A stretch of DNA of 64,000 bases from an uncultured cyanobacterium (GTDB lineage: Bacteria > Cyanobacteriota > Cyanobacteriia > Cyanobacteriales > CAWUOF01): assembly GCA_963744145.1 (NCBI GenBank), contig CAVUSO010000001.1:2688001-2752000 (forward strand), read 5' to 3'. Position 1 is the stretch's first letter. Each line of letters opens with the position of its first letter. The notes under the pieces were generated by a model. That model ran no database searches. It had not been told where the DNA came from and saw only the letters and a program-made list of their open reading frames with translations. A program made the translations under genes and the position numbers. Shown piece by piece: positions 1-9,585 of this stretch.

Positions 1-299
1 ACACCACTAATGCTCGAAATTTCATACAACCAATTTCGTGGATGTACCCCATATATGTTGCGAATAGCAATCAATTATAATGTGGATAAAGTTTGACTGA
101 TTTTGTTCCCAGTTTCAGGTTACTTTCCCAATCATAAATCTGGATGTCAGAATTGTCTGTAGGTAATTATGTAAATAGATGTTCAGTTTTCATCCGTTTA
201 ATTATAGGAGTAGGAAAAAAAGCAGTTTTTTTGGTAAAGAAATTCTGGTAACTAAAAATTAAGTTAGACTAATTTACAAGGGGAGGTTTAAGAAAAAGC

Positions 300-920
300 A
301 TGGAAACCGATGAAAGTCCCTACGCTAAACTTGGGTTAACGGAAAATGCTTCTTTTGAAGCTATTCAAGAAGCTCGTGTTCGCTTAATGCAAGAATATAG
401 TGGCGATCGCAAACGTTTACAAGCGATCGAAACCGCTTACGATGCGATTCTGATGGATCGTCTCCGACTACGTCAGGAAGGAAAAATCAAAGTCCCGGAA
501 CGGATTCGTTTTCCGGAACGGTTAACTCCGATGACTACCCAAGTCGCGACCACTACTCATCCGAAAACTTTGACTTGGTTCAAAAATTTCCTCGACCAAC
601 CCAGTCAACCGGAGTTGTTATGGACTTCTGGTGTATTTATTACCCTCAGTACCATTAGCATTTTCTCACCCAATGGTGATGCTTCGCTCATCCCTTTAGC
701 TTTAGCGATCGGTGGTGGTGCTACTCTTTATTTTCTGAATCAAAAAGAAAATAAGTTTGGTCGAGCTGTGGTCCTTACTCTGGTTGGGTTAATCACAGGT
801 TTAACCTTGGGTGGACTATTGGGTAGTGTCTTAATGACTGCTATTCCTTGGACAATAGAGACAATTAGCGCTTTAGCCACTTTTATCATCCTCTGGATGG
901 TAAGTAGCTTTCTGAAATAA
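300..920 (+). CDS. CPP1-like / DUF3353 J-like membrane chaperone
   Basis: N-terminal J-like SPYAKLGLTENASFEAIQEAR...IETAYDAILMDRLRLRQEGKIKVPERIRF, followed by C-terminal hydrophobic helices. Confidence 0.8.
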   Translation: METDESPYAKLGLTENASFEAIQEARVRLMQEYSGDRKRLQAIETAYDAILMDRLRLRQEGKIKVPERIRFPERLTPMTTQVATTTHPKTLTWFKNFLDQPSQPELLWTSGVFITLSTISIFSPNGDASLIPLALAIGGGATLYFLNQKENKFGRAVVLTLVGLITGLTLGGLLGSVLMTAIPWTIETISALATFIILWMVSSFLK

Positions 921-1001
921 ACACTAAAGAGTGAATTGTGATTGTCACTTTTCACTTTTTACTGTTTGATTAATGCTACCTGCACTTACTGATCAAAATT
1001 T

Positions 1002-2120
1002 GTGACAGAACGAATATACTGGTTAGCCTGGTCGCAAATCTCTGGTGTTGGTCCAGTTTTAATGGAGCGTCTAGAAAGGCATTTTAGCACATTAGCCGCA
1101 GCTTGGCAAGCAAAACCAGCTGATTTGTTACAAGTATCGGGATTGGGTCAGCAGACGGTGACTGCAATTATAGCCCAGCGATCGCAAATTAATCCAGAAC
1201 AATTTCTGGAGGAACATCAACAAAAAAATCCTGATTTTTGGACTCTAGCTGATCCAGATTATCCCCGTTTATTACGAGAAATTCCCAATCCACCCCCGGT
1301 ATTATATTATCGTGGGGAAGTCAATCTATTAGAAAATCAAGGTATAACTCCAGCGATCGCGATGGTTGGGACTCGTCAATCCTCCGAATATGGTCGGAAA
1401 TGGACAAGAAGAATTAGTATATTATTAGCGAAACATGGCTTTACGATTATTTCTGGGATGGCGATCGGGATTGATACAGAAGCTCATCGTAGTTGTGTAG
1501 ATGTGGGTGGAAGGACCTACGCAATTTTAGGGACGGGAGTAGATGTGGTTTATCCCCCTAGTAATAAAATTCTGTATGAACGGATTATCCACCAAGGATT
1601 AGTAGTGAGTGAATATCCTCAAGGGACTCAACCGAAACGGGAAAATTTTCCCCGTCGGAATCGGATTATTGCTGGTTTAAGTCGTGCTGTTTTAGTGATG
1701 GAAGCACCACAGAAATCTGGTGCTTTAATTACAGCTTATCAAGCTAATGAATTTGGTCGGGATATTTATGCACTGACGGGAAGATTAGATGATTACCAAT
1801 CCCTCGGTTGTTTACAGCTAATTAATAAGGGAGCCCAGATCATTCTGTCGGAGGAGGAGTTATTACAAATGTTAGGAGCAATCCCTCAACTTAATTTAGC
1901 ACCCAATACAGCGATCGCACCATCAGTTCCTCCACCCGCACCTAATTTAGACCCAAAATTAGCCCAAGTATTACAAGCGGTAACTACAGAAGGAATACAC
2001 TTAGATCTCATTGTCAATGCTACTGGGTTACCAGTTGGTTCTGTTACAGGTACTTTGTTAGAGCTAGAGTTATTAGATTTAGTTGTCCAATTACCAGGAA
2101 TGCGTTATCGACGTTGTTAA
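1002..2120 (+). CDS. dprA: DNA-processing protein DprA
   Basis: DYPRLLREIPNPPPVLY, VGTR, ISGMAIGID, FPRRNRIIAGLS, SGALITA motifs; C-terminal winged helix. Confidence 0.95.
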   Translation: MTERIYWLAWSQISGVGPVLMERLERHFSTLAAAWQAKPADLLQVSGLGQQTVTAIIAQRSQINPEQFLEEHQQKNPDFWTLADPDYPRLLREIPNPPPVLYYRGEVNLLENQGITPAIAMVGTRQSSEYGRKWTRRISILLAKHGFTIISGMAIGIDTEAHRSCVDVGGRTYAILGTGVDVVYPPSNKILYERIIHQGLVVSEYPQGTQPKRENFPRRNRIIAGLSRAVLVMEAPQKSGALITAYQANEFGRDIYALTGRLDDYQSLGCLQLINKGAQIILSEEELLQMLGAIPQLNLAPNTAIAPSVPPPAPNLDPKLAQVLQAVTTEGIHLDLIVNATGLPVGSVTGTLLELELLDLVVQLPGMRYRRC

Positions 2121-3433
2121 GTGACAAAAATTGTAAATGCAGGTAGGATAATTGTAACAGTTGTGCCCATTTGGAGTTCGCTCTCTATTTGGATTTGACC
2201 GTGGTGATTTTCTACGATCGCTTTCGCAATTGCTAATCCTAAACCTGATCCGGTGGGACTTTGCGATCGCTTATGGTTATAAGTTCGAGCGGGATCGATG
2301 CGATAAAATCGATCAAAAAGATAGGGTAAGCTATCAGTTGGAATTCCCCCACCAGAGTCAGTAATTTTTACTTGTAAATAAAACTTAGGCGATCGCCCAA
2401 TATACTGTAATTCTACATTAATTTTACCAGCTTCGGGGGTATATTGTACTCCATTGCTGACAATATTCGTAAATAAACGCGCTAATTGATCCCAATCTCC
2501 TTGGAGGGTAAAAGCTTCAGGATTGGATGTGGGTGGATCGACTAAATTTAAGCTGATCGTGATATTTTTTTCCTGAGCGATCGCTTGTTGTTCTTCAATA
2601 ATTTCAATGAGTAAAGCATCGAGGGGAACGGGGATAAAACGGAGGGGTACTATTCCACTATCTTGTCGAGCTAAAAATAATAAATCGTCAACTAAACGAC
2701 CTAAACGACGAGTCAAACGCTCGATTACTTGTAATTGTTGTTGAGCGAGAACTGGATCTGCTAGACTTGCTTGGACATTAGTTTGAATAGTAGCGATCGG
2801 ATTTCTTAATTCATGAGAAGCATCAGCAGTAAATTGTTTTAATCTTTGATAAGATGCTTGAATTGGTTCGATCGCTAATCCTGACAGTAACCAACCGATC
2901 GCTGCTACAGAAATAACTGTTAAAGTAATTCCAATAGTTAAATCCAAACTTAGTTGACGGATCGGTTTGGTAACTTCAAACCAGGGATGACTAACCCGTA
3001 AATATCCCAAAACCTGACGTTTGTTTTCAATTCTTTGGGTAATTTGTCTCAGGAGTTGGTGATGGTTCAGATGAACTGTTTCCCCAATTAAACGAGGATG
3101 AAGGGGAATAGTTAAAGGTTGAGATAGAGTAGACCAAAGTAATTCACCAGTCGGACTAAACCATTCTACATCAATATGATCATCTTCTACCTTGTCGGTA
3201 TTATTGTGAAAACTAGCTTCCACATTAACATGAAATAAATGAGGATCAGTAGTAGTTGGTTCAATGACTAGCGATCGCTCAATAATTTCAATGACATGAT
3301 TTAGAGTATCGTCTACTCGTTCAATTAAAGTATGACGAACATAAGTATAGACTCCGATCGCAAATACGAGGAGCAAGACTGCGGTAACAATAGTATACCA
3401 TAAAGCCAAACGTCGGCGAGTCGCAATAAACAT
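2117..3433 (-). CDS. Two-component sensor histidine kinase (ManS/Hik27-like)
   Basis: Two TM segments, H-box FTADASHELRNP, N-box NIVSNGVQYT, G-boxes DSGGGI and GSGLGLAIA; ManS similarity is from recall of the N-terminus only. Confidence 0.85.
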   Translation of the reverse strand: MFIATRRRLALWYTIVTAVLLLVFAIGVYTYVRHTLIERVDDTLNHVIEIIERSLVIEPTTTDPHLFHVNVEASFHNNTDKVEDDHIDVEWFSPTGELLWSTLSQPLTIPLHPRLIGETVHLNHHQLLRQITQRIENKRQVLGYLRVSHPWFEVTKPIRQLSLDLTIGITLTVISVAAIGWLLSGLAIEPIQASYQRLKQFTADASHELRNPIATIQTNVQASLADPVLAQQQLQVIERLTRRLGRLVDDLLFLARQDSGIVPLRFIPVPLDALLIEIIEEQQAIAQEKNITISLNLVDPPTSNPEAFTLQGDWDQLARLFTNIVSNGVQYTPEAGKINVELQYIGRSPKFYLQVKITDSGGGIPTDSLPYLFDRFYRIDPARTYNHKRSQSPTGSGLGLAIAKAIVENHHGQIQIESELQMGTTVTIILPAFTIFVT

Positions 3434-3632
3434 GGGGAAAAATTATGTCTTCTATTGACAATACTACAGACCAAATGGTGTTGCACATATATGGTGCGAT
3501 TAGGCTATTTTCCTTTTTGTAGTTATATACTTATGTGTTACATTTTGTGTTTCAGAATGTAGGTGATAAATATTACTTGACTTTTGGGTGCCGTTAACTG
3601 ATACTATAGTCTTCAGTGATACTCAATGGTAT

Positions 3633-4316
3633 ATGTTCTACTACTACGGCAGAAAAAAGCAAATAGCAAAATACTACCCCTCTCCTAATTTTGATATCAT
3701 TATAGAACCGTTTGCTGGTTCAGCAGCTTACTCACTATATGGAAATCATTGGAAAAAAGAAGTTATTCTCATTGAGAGAGATGAGCAAGTAGCTGAAATT
3801 TGGCAGTGGTTGATCGATGAAGCCACCCCATCAAAAATTAGTAGCCTGCCTGATTTAGAAGTTGGTGAAAAGAGTTCTGAATTCCTTCATATTATTCATG
3901 CTGCTACAAAAATGGCTTTTCACTACAAGACCATTAAAGTAACTCCTGTTCTAGCGAGAAATTGGGAGATCAGCAAACGATACATGGCTGAAAATTTATT
4001 TAAGGTTAAGCATTGGAGAATTATTAGCGGAGATTACACATTAACTCCTAACATAGAAGCAACTTTGTTTATTGATCCACCATATAAAGAAGAAGCTGGT
4101 AAAGGTTACCGATATGGTAGTAACCTTATTGATTACAAAAAATTAGCGGAATGGGCAAAAAATCGGAAAGGAGAAATTATATTTTGCGAAGGAGATTGCG
4201 GTGATTATTTGCCATTCAAGCCGCTATTAAATCTAAAAGGTGTGGCAGGTAAAACCAGCAAAGAAGTTATTTATTACCAATCTAAAAAAGGAAACAAACA
4301 ACTTGAGCTTTTTTAG
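3633..4316 (+). CDS. DNA amino-methyltransferase (Dam/D12-like) of an R-M module
   Basis: YYGRKK, motif I EPFAGSAA, motif IV FIDPPY; ATG at 3633 preferred over the GTG at 3588. Confidence 0.85.
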   Translation: MFYYYGRKKQIAKYYPSPNFDIIIEPFAGSAAYSLYGNHWKKEVILIERDEQVAEIWQWLIDEATPSKISSLPDLEVGEKSSEFLHIIHAATKMAFHYKTIKVTPVLARNWEISKRYMAENLFKVKHWRIISGDYTLTPNIEATLFIDPPYKEEAGKGYRYGSNLIDYKKLAEWAKNRKGEIIFCEGDCGDYLPFKPLLNLKGVAGKTSKEVIYYQSKKGNKQLELF

Positions 4317-4323
4317 CTTGCTA

Positions 4324-4990
4324 CTAAGTAGAAAATTTCATAAGCTTCTGATAAATCTTTTTGTATTGTTGGTTGTCAATTAGAGCTATCCAACCTTGTC
4401 CCATCTTGATTTTTCCACTAGCTGTCATCCCTGTCACTTTAGTATTTCTGCCTTCAGTTCCACTGATATTACCCCAGTCATCAGTAACAAGATTGTCGGC
4501 ATAAAATATAGCTGTAATTTTAGGATAGTTGAAATCATGTTCACTCTTAATAAAGTCCCATACTAATCCCAGAAGTTTTTTGACCTCTCGATGATGAGCT
4601 TGTCCAGGTAATTCCCTCTAAACAATCAATTCTGGGTTGTCCTGCCCGTAAATTTGCACCTTGTCTGGTGTTACCAATAGTACATTTAACTTCCAAACCC
4701 ATAGGATAGTTGCGTAACAACTCCTCCGAAGGATGATCTGCTAATTTAGGAATAACATCGGGATGTCCCTTCTCAATTGGATTAACCATAGCTCCCGTTA
4801 CATCAGCAATCGAATGGCAGAATATTGCGCCAATAATTGAACTTGTAGTTTTATAGTCAACATTTTTATAAACATTTGAGGGAATCGTTTTTAAAAAGAG
4901 ATTTGTTGTACTCAATACAGATTCAATATGCTGACTGTTCACCTCAAATCCACAATCAATATTAAAATTAGGGTTAATGGTATAATTCAT
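4324..4990 (-). pseudogene. Type II restriction endonuclease (PD-(D/E)xK) with a +1 frameshift
   Basis: HPD...GLEVK motif. Removing one base at ~4603 continues ITW-QAHHREVKKLLGLVWDF...EGRNTKVTGM...MKFST* to 4324 (221 aa). Lies directly downstream of the C gene and converges on the MTase. Confidence 0.75.
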
Positions 4991-5213
4991 CTATGTTTTT
5001 TTCTACTTCAGCAATCAAGCTACTGGCTGTGGTGTTTAAAGATATTGATATTTTCAATAAAACGGACAAAGTAGGAGATTTCAAACCGCGCTCAATTTGG
5101 CTAACATAAGTGCGGTGAATCCCTGCGCGATCGGCAAGTTCTTCTTGAGATATTTTGGCGATGGTTCTATACTTAGCTAACACTCTACCTAGAGCTTGAT
5201 TAATGTTCGTCAT
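4974..5213 (-). CDS. R-M controller (C) protein, XRE-family HTH
   Basis: ISQEELADRAGIHRTYVSQIERGLKSPTL; ATG at 5213 gives 79 aa; overlaps the REase start. Confidence 0.85.
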   Translation of the reverse strand: MTNINQALGRVLAKYRTIAKISQEELADRAGIHRTYVSQIERGLKSPTLSVLLKISISLNTTASSLIAEVEKNIDELYH

Positions 5214-5237
5214 GTTTAAAAGTATCTCAATTAAAGA

Positions 5238-5263
5238 GACCATCAGTCTACAGACAATAGTAT
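5238..5263 (-). promoter_or_regulatory. C-box operator of the C-REase operon
   Basis: Minus strand ATACTATTGTC-TGTA-GACTGATGGTC resembles the GACT-N3-AGTC-TGTA-GACT-N3-AGTC architecture of C.PvuII-type operators; 25 bp upstream of the C gene ATG. Confidence 0.7.
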
Positions 5264-5483
5264 TCAATTTAGAGCTAAATTTGTTTTGAAAAAGTCGGTT
5301 ATATCCAACTAGCGATGCCAAAAAGCCTTATATTTAAGGTTAAATATAAACAAAAAAAATTTACTTGGGATTCAACTATAAGTGTGTGAGCAACAGATGC
5401 GATCGTGATTATCTGTCTAAATAACAGCTCAAAAACAGCGATCGCATTCTGTTTAAAAATTCAAACCTGACAACCCGAAAAAA

Positions 5484-6782
5484 TTAGAGACTTGACAGGA
5501 CATCACGAGCAGCTTGCAAAGTGCGCTCAATATCTTCATCAGTATGAGCGAGGGAAGTAAAACCAGCTTCAAACTGAGAAGGAGCCAAATAAATCCCACG
5601 TTCTAACATCCCACGATGAAAACGACTAAATTTAGTCAAATCTGACTTTTTCGCATCTTCATAGTTATGTACTGGTCCATCGGTAAAAAATAACCCAAAC
5701 ATGGCACTAATTTGACCACCACAAACTGCATGACCAGTTTCACGAGCAATTTGTAATAATCCATCTGCTAGTTTTTTGGTAATCCGATTTAATTGCTCAT
5801 AGCTACCTGGTTTATGTAATAACTCCAGAGTCTTAATTCCTGCTGTCATTGCTAAGGGATTACCAGAGAGTGTCCCAGCTTGATACATCGGACCAGCAGG
5901 AGCGACCATGGACATAATATCACGACGTCCACCATAAGCTCCCACAGGTAAACCACCACCGATTACTTTACCCAAAGTAGTTAAATCGGGAGTAATCCCA
6001 AATTTTTCTTGAGCACCACCATAAGCAATTCGGAAACCAGTCATGACCTCATCAAATACCAGCAACGCTCCGTTATCCTGAGTAATTTCTCGTAAACCTT
6101 CTAAAAATCCAGCATCAGGGGGAATAAAACCAGCATTACCAACCACAGGTTCTAAAATGACACCAGCAATTTCATTGGGGTTTTGAGCAAATAAAGCTTT
6201 GACAGCTTCTAAATCGTTATAGGGAGCATTGAGGGTATCACTGGTGACAGATTTGGGTACACCTGGAGAATCGGGTAAACCCAAGGTCGCTACACCAGAC
6301 CCAGCTTTGACCAGGAACATATCTGCGTGTCCGTGATAGCAACCTTCAAATTTAATGATTTTTTCCCGTCCCGTAAAAGCGCGGGTCAAACGCAAAACCG
6401 CCATACAAGCTTCTGTCCCGGAATTGACAAATCGGACCATTTCGATGCTCGGGACAGCACCAATTACCATTTCCGCGAGAACATTTTCCAACAATGAAGG
6501 AGCCCCGAAACTCGTACCTTTTTCGAGAGCTTCATGTAAAGCTTTGATCACATCTGGATGGGTGTGACCACAAATAGCAGGTCCCCAGGTCCCTACATAG
6601 TCAATATATTGATTACCATCCACATCCCAGATATAAGCTCCTTTCACCCTGTCAAATACAATCGGTTGACCACCTACCGATTTAAACGCTCTGACCGGAG
6701 AATTAACACCTCCGGGCATTAATTTTTGGGCAGCAGCAAAAATTTCTTCAGATTTTGTGGTTTTTAAGGTATTGGAACTCAA
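5484..6782 (-). CDS. hemL: Glutamate-1-semialdehyde 2,1-aminomutase
   Basis: [56 protein letters not shown]. Confidence 0.98.
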   Translation of the reverse strand: MSSNTLKTTKSEEIFAAAQKLMPGGVNSPVRAFKSVGGQPIVFDRVKGAYIWDVDGNQYIDYVGTWGPAICGHTHPDVIKALHEALEKGTSFGAPSLLENVLAEMVIGAVPSIEMVRFVNSGTEACMAVLRLTRAFTGREKIIKFEGCYHGHADMFLVKAGSGVATLGLPDSPGVPKSVTSDTLNAPYNDLEAVKALFAQNPNEIAGVILEPVVGNAGFIPPDAGFLEGLREITQDNGALLVFDEVMTGFRIAYGGAQEKFGITPDLTTLGKVIGGGLPVGAYGGRRDIMSMVAPAGPMYQAGTLSGNPLAMTAGIKTLELLHKPGSYEQLNRITKKLADGLLQIARETGHAVCGGQISAMFGLFFTDGPVHNYEDAKKSDLTKFSRFHRGMLERGIYLAPSQFEAGFTSLAHTDEDIERTLQAARDVLSSL

Positions 6783-6851
6783 AGTATTCTCCCAAATATG
6801 TCAGCAAGTAAATTATCATGGTTATTTGTCCAATAATACCTAACTGAATGT

Positions 6852-7502
6852 ATGGTTGCTTCTGTAGTTCATCCCCTGTCCTTATCTGTCCCAGTTGAAC
6901 AAATTCGTTATAATGAGCAGGGACTCGTGCCAGCGATCGCCCAAGATTATCTTGATGGGACGGTATTAATGATGGCTTGGATGAATCGGGAAGCACTGGA
7001 AAAAACTCTCCAAACTCAAGAAACTTGGTATTGGAGTCGCTCCCGTCAGCGATTATGGCGCAAAGGAGAAACTTCTGGTCATATTCAAAAGGTGCGATCG
7101 ATCCGTTATGACTGTGACAGTGATGCTTTATTAATCACAATTGAGCAAGTAGGTGATATTGCTTGTCACACTGGGGAACGCAGTTGTTTTCATCAAGTGG
7201 AAGGTCAAATTGTACCTCCCCCAGCTGATATGCTGTCTCAGCTATTTGAGATCATTTGCGATCGCCGTGATCATCCCCAGGAATCTTCCTATACTTGTAA
7301 ATTATTGGCTGGTGGTGATAATAAAATTCTCAAAAAAATTGGGGAAGAATCAGCCGAAGTAGTCATGGCTTGTAAAGATCATGAGCCAGATGCGATCGCT
7401 GGCGAAGTCGCAGATTTATTTTATCATACTTTAGTGGCGTTAGCTTATCATCAAGTAGATTTGCGAGCTGTTTACCGTAAATTAGCAGAACGTCGTCGCT
7501 AA
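6852..7502 (+). CDS. hisIE: Bifunctional phosphoribosyl-AMP cyclohydrolase / phosphoribosyl-ATP pyrophosphatase
   Basis: [42 protein letters not shown]. Confidence 0.96.
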   Translation: MVASVVHPLSLSVPVEQIRYNEQGLVPAIAQDYLDGTVLMMAWMNREALEKTLQTQETWYWSRSRQRLWRKGETSGHIQKVRSIRYDCDSDALLITIEQVGDIACHTGERSCFHQVEGQIVPPPADMLSQLFEIICDRRDHPQESSYTCKLLAGGDNKILKKIGEESAEVVMACKDHEPDAIAGEVADLFYHTLVALAYHQVDLRAVYRKLAERRR

Positions 7503-7551
7503 GAGCAATTGATGATTTAGTTGCCAAAAATAACTATTTTAATAGCTATTA

Positions 7552-8094
7552 CTAATTTACTTTGCTACTAATTGCAGTAGCGGTAAAATAGCGAACAGCT
7601 TTAATCTGAAGCAATGCAGAAAGACTAAACCAATATCTGATTCCGGCTGGGATATTAATATAGTCCTCAGCTTGGAGCAACAATTCCATCACCGACCCAT
7701 CTGGATGAGAAAAACCAAAGATACACTCTCCAGCTAACATATAAAGCGCTTCATCATTAGTATGAAATTGTGGGCGACTTCCTTGAGCTAGTAAATGATA
7801 AAGGTGAGATGACGAGGGGTTAACCACCATCAGTTCGCAGCAAGTGGAACTATTGGTATGTTTGGGAGTAGCGAACTTAGGACTAAGAGCTTGCAAAATT
7901 TGTTGCTTCTGAGCCAGATCAAGAATTTCGTAACTCAGCAGATTCTGTAACGACCGACTAATCTGTGGATTGACCAGATATTGTTGCAAGGGCAACTTTT
8001 CAATCCGAATATTTAATCTACTGAGCTGACGGTTGATTTCCCCCAGGTCAGTATAGGTATTTCCATCTTCGAGCCGCAAAACAGCCATATTCAA
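7552..8094 (-). CDS. Acireductone dioxygenase (ARD)-like cupin with degenerate metal ligands
   Basis: MAVLRLEDG start, HTNDEALY..GECIFGF, EDYINIPAGIRYWF, IKAVRYFT match cyanobacterial ARD-like cupins. Confidence 0.7.
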   Translation of the reverse strand: MNMAVLRLEDGNTYTDLGEINRQLSRLNIRIEKLPLQQYLVNPQISRSLQNLLSYEILDLAQKQQILQALSPKFATPKHTNSSTCCELMVVNPSSSHLYHLLAQGSRPQFHTNDEALYMLAGECIFGFSHPDGSVMELLLQAEDYINIPAGIRYWFSLSALLQIKAVRYFTATAISSKVN

Positions 8095-8251
8095 CCATCC
8101 TCATCAATAGCTAGAACTCATCAGCATGGGACATTGGGTAATCTACGGCAACTTGATGGAGAGACCGTAGATTCTTTTTGTGATCTTAGCACAGATCTGC
8201 TAATGTCAATGGATATAAATACCAATAGTCAATCGGAAAACCGTATTAATT

Positions 8252-8752
8252 TTGCCTAAAAACCTGATTTCCCTCAAACCATTCAAGGTGTATAACTTGC
8301 TGCCAGAATTATCTTCTCGGCTCGAATATGCCATTTTAGCTCTGCTAGAACTATCCGATCGTCAGCCCAATCCTTACCCCCTCAAAGCTTGGGAGATTGC
8401 AGCAGCCCAATCTATACCCTGTCGTTACCTTGATCAAATACTGATTGCGTTGCGACGTAGTGGATTAGTCCAGGGTCAAAGAGGGGTGAAAGGGGGTTAT
8501 TTGTTAGCAAAAAACCCTCAGCAGATTACCCTATTAGAGATTATGGAAGCAGTGGAGGGGAAGTCAAATGAGGATGAATCCGATGAGGGGGAGTCCAATC
8601 ACCCTCAGTTAGAAGTAGATCGGACTCCCACCGTAGAAAGAAAAGTTATTATTGCTGCTTGGAAACAAGCATCCCAAGCATTCCAGATGGCTTTAAGCAA
8701 TTATACCTTGGAGGATTTGCGGATACAGCGAAATACTGATCAACCAACTTAG
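8252..8752 (+). CDS. Rrf2-family transcriptional regulator (CymR-like, lacks the Fe-S cysteine triad)
   Basis: LSSRLEYAILALLEL, YLDQILIALRRSGLV, RGVKGGYLLA, ITLLEIMEAVEG; start codon uncertain. Confidence 0.9.
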   Translation: MPKNLISLKPFKVYNLLPELSSRLEYAILALLELSDRQPNPYPLKAWEIAAAQSIPCRYLDQILIALRRSGLVQGQRGVKGGYLLAKNPQQITLLEIMEAVEGKSNEDESDEGESNHPQLEVDRTPTVERKVIIAAWKQASQAFQMALSNYTLEDLRIQRNTDQPT

Positions 8753-8754
8753 TT

Positions 8755-8959
8755 TCATGACAATTTCTGTCCACATTGCTGATTAGCTGGTAGTGCTTCG
8801 GCAATTTTTTTTGGTAAGAACAACTTATAAATTTAAACCTAACTCTTGCAACAATTGCCGATCCCGCTCCACCTCTTTCACTACGGGGTCTACCAAAATC
8901 GCATCTCTGGTTTGTCGATCGGCTAACAGGTAGGTGGATGTACAGGTTTCTCGATCAAA
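8755..8959 (-). pseudogene. Remnant of persulfide dioxygenase (ETHE1/PDO, MBL fold) with the catalytic core deleted
   Basis: Manual translation gives FDRETCTSTYLLADRQTRDAILVDPVVKEVERDRQLLQELGLNL* (8959-8825, PDO N-terminus), then in another frame LPKKIAEALPANQQCGQKLS* (8817-8755, PDO C-terminus). Confidence 0.75.
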
Positions 8960-9038
8960 CGACTTGCTCCTTGTTAGAGTCGGATATTTCCATTCCTATT
9001 ATTTAGATATAAGCAGACAATTAATCAAAAATTTCCCT

Positions 9039-9210
9039 GTAAATTAACGGCTAGTAACCGTTAATTTACCTCTTCAAGTTCATCAAAATAACGAGGATCA
9101 ATGAATTAAAATTAACGGCTAGCAACCGTTAATTTAATCAATTTGATGCTCCGAATTAATCGGATTAATCCGAATCTATGAACCTGAATTTAACGGATTA
9201 GAACCGTTAA
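9039..9210. promoter_or_regulatory. Three TTAACGG-N7-CCGTTAA palindromes (candidate operators)
   Basis: GTAAATTAACGG-ctagtaa-CCGTTAATTTAC 9039-9069; AAATTAACGG-ctagcaa-CCGTTAATTT 9109-9135; TTAACGG-attagaa-CCGTTAA 9190-9210. Confidence 0.7.
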
Positions 9211-9585
9211 TTAATAGTCATTAAATCTCCGAAAATTAAATCAGAATATGTGAGTTTTAATGTTTAACTTTTGTAAAAAATAATAGTAATTGAGAGAAGA
9301 AATAGAAAGATTCATGCTATGGTTAAATCTGTCAAAAATAACCGATTAGCATTCAGCCATTTATGGCTTGGCTAAATGTAAAGTTAATGGCTAAATCAAG
9401 ACGTAATTTCTATCTGACCAATGCTTTTCAGTAAGATTGATTAGCTTCCTTGGTCAAATAAAAAGGTGAGTTATTTTCAATAAAAATAATCTCAACTGAC
9501 AGGATTGCAGTTAAATATATGCCTGAAATCCTAGTAATGAAGTCAAGATTTTAGCAGTTTGGAAAGATTGTTGGAAGGAGATCTT

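Noticed and set aside
4974..5321. 115-aa long form of the XRE protein
   Set aside because: The extension would span the C-box; ATG 5213 gives a typical C-protein size
8215..8251. Partial motif (ATCGGAAAACCGTATTAAT) upstream of the Rrf2 gene as a fourth operator
   Set aside because: Only half-site resemblance and wrong spacing; cannot be supported by eye
9039..9210. CRISPR array interpretation of the palindromes
   Set aside because: Only three units, variable centres, unequal spacing and no cas genes in the window; operator sites fit better
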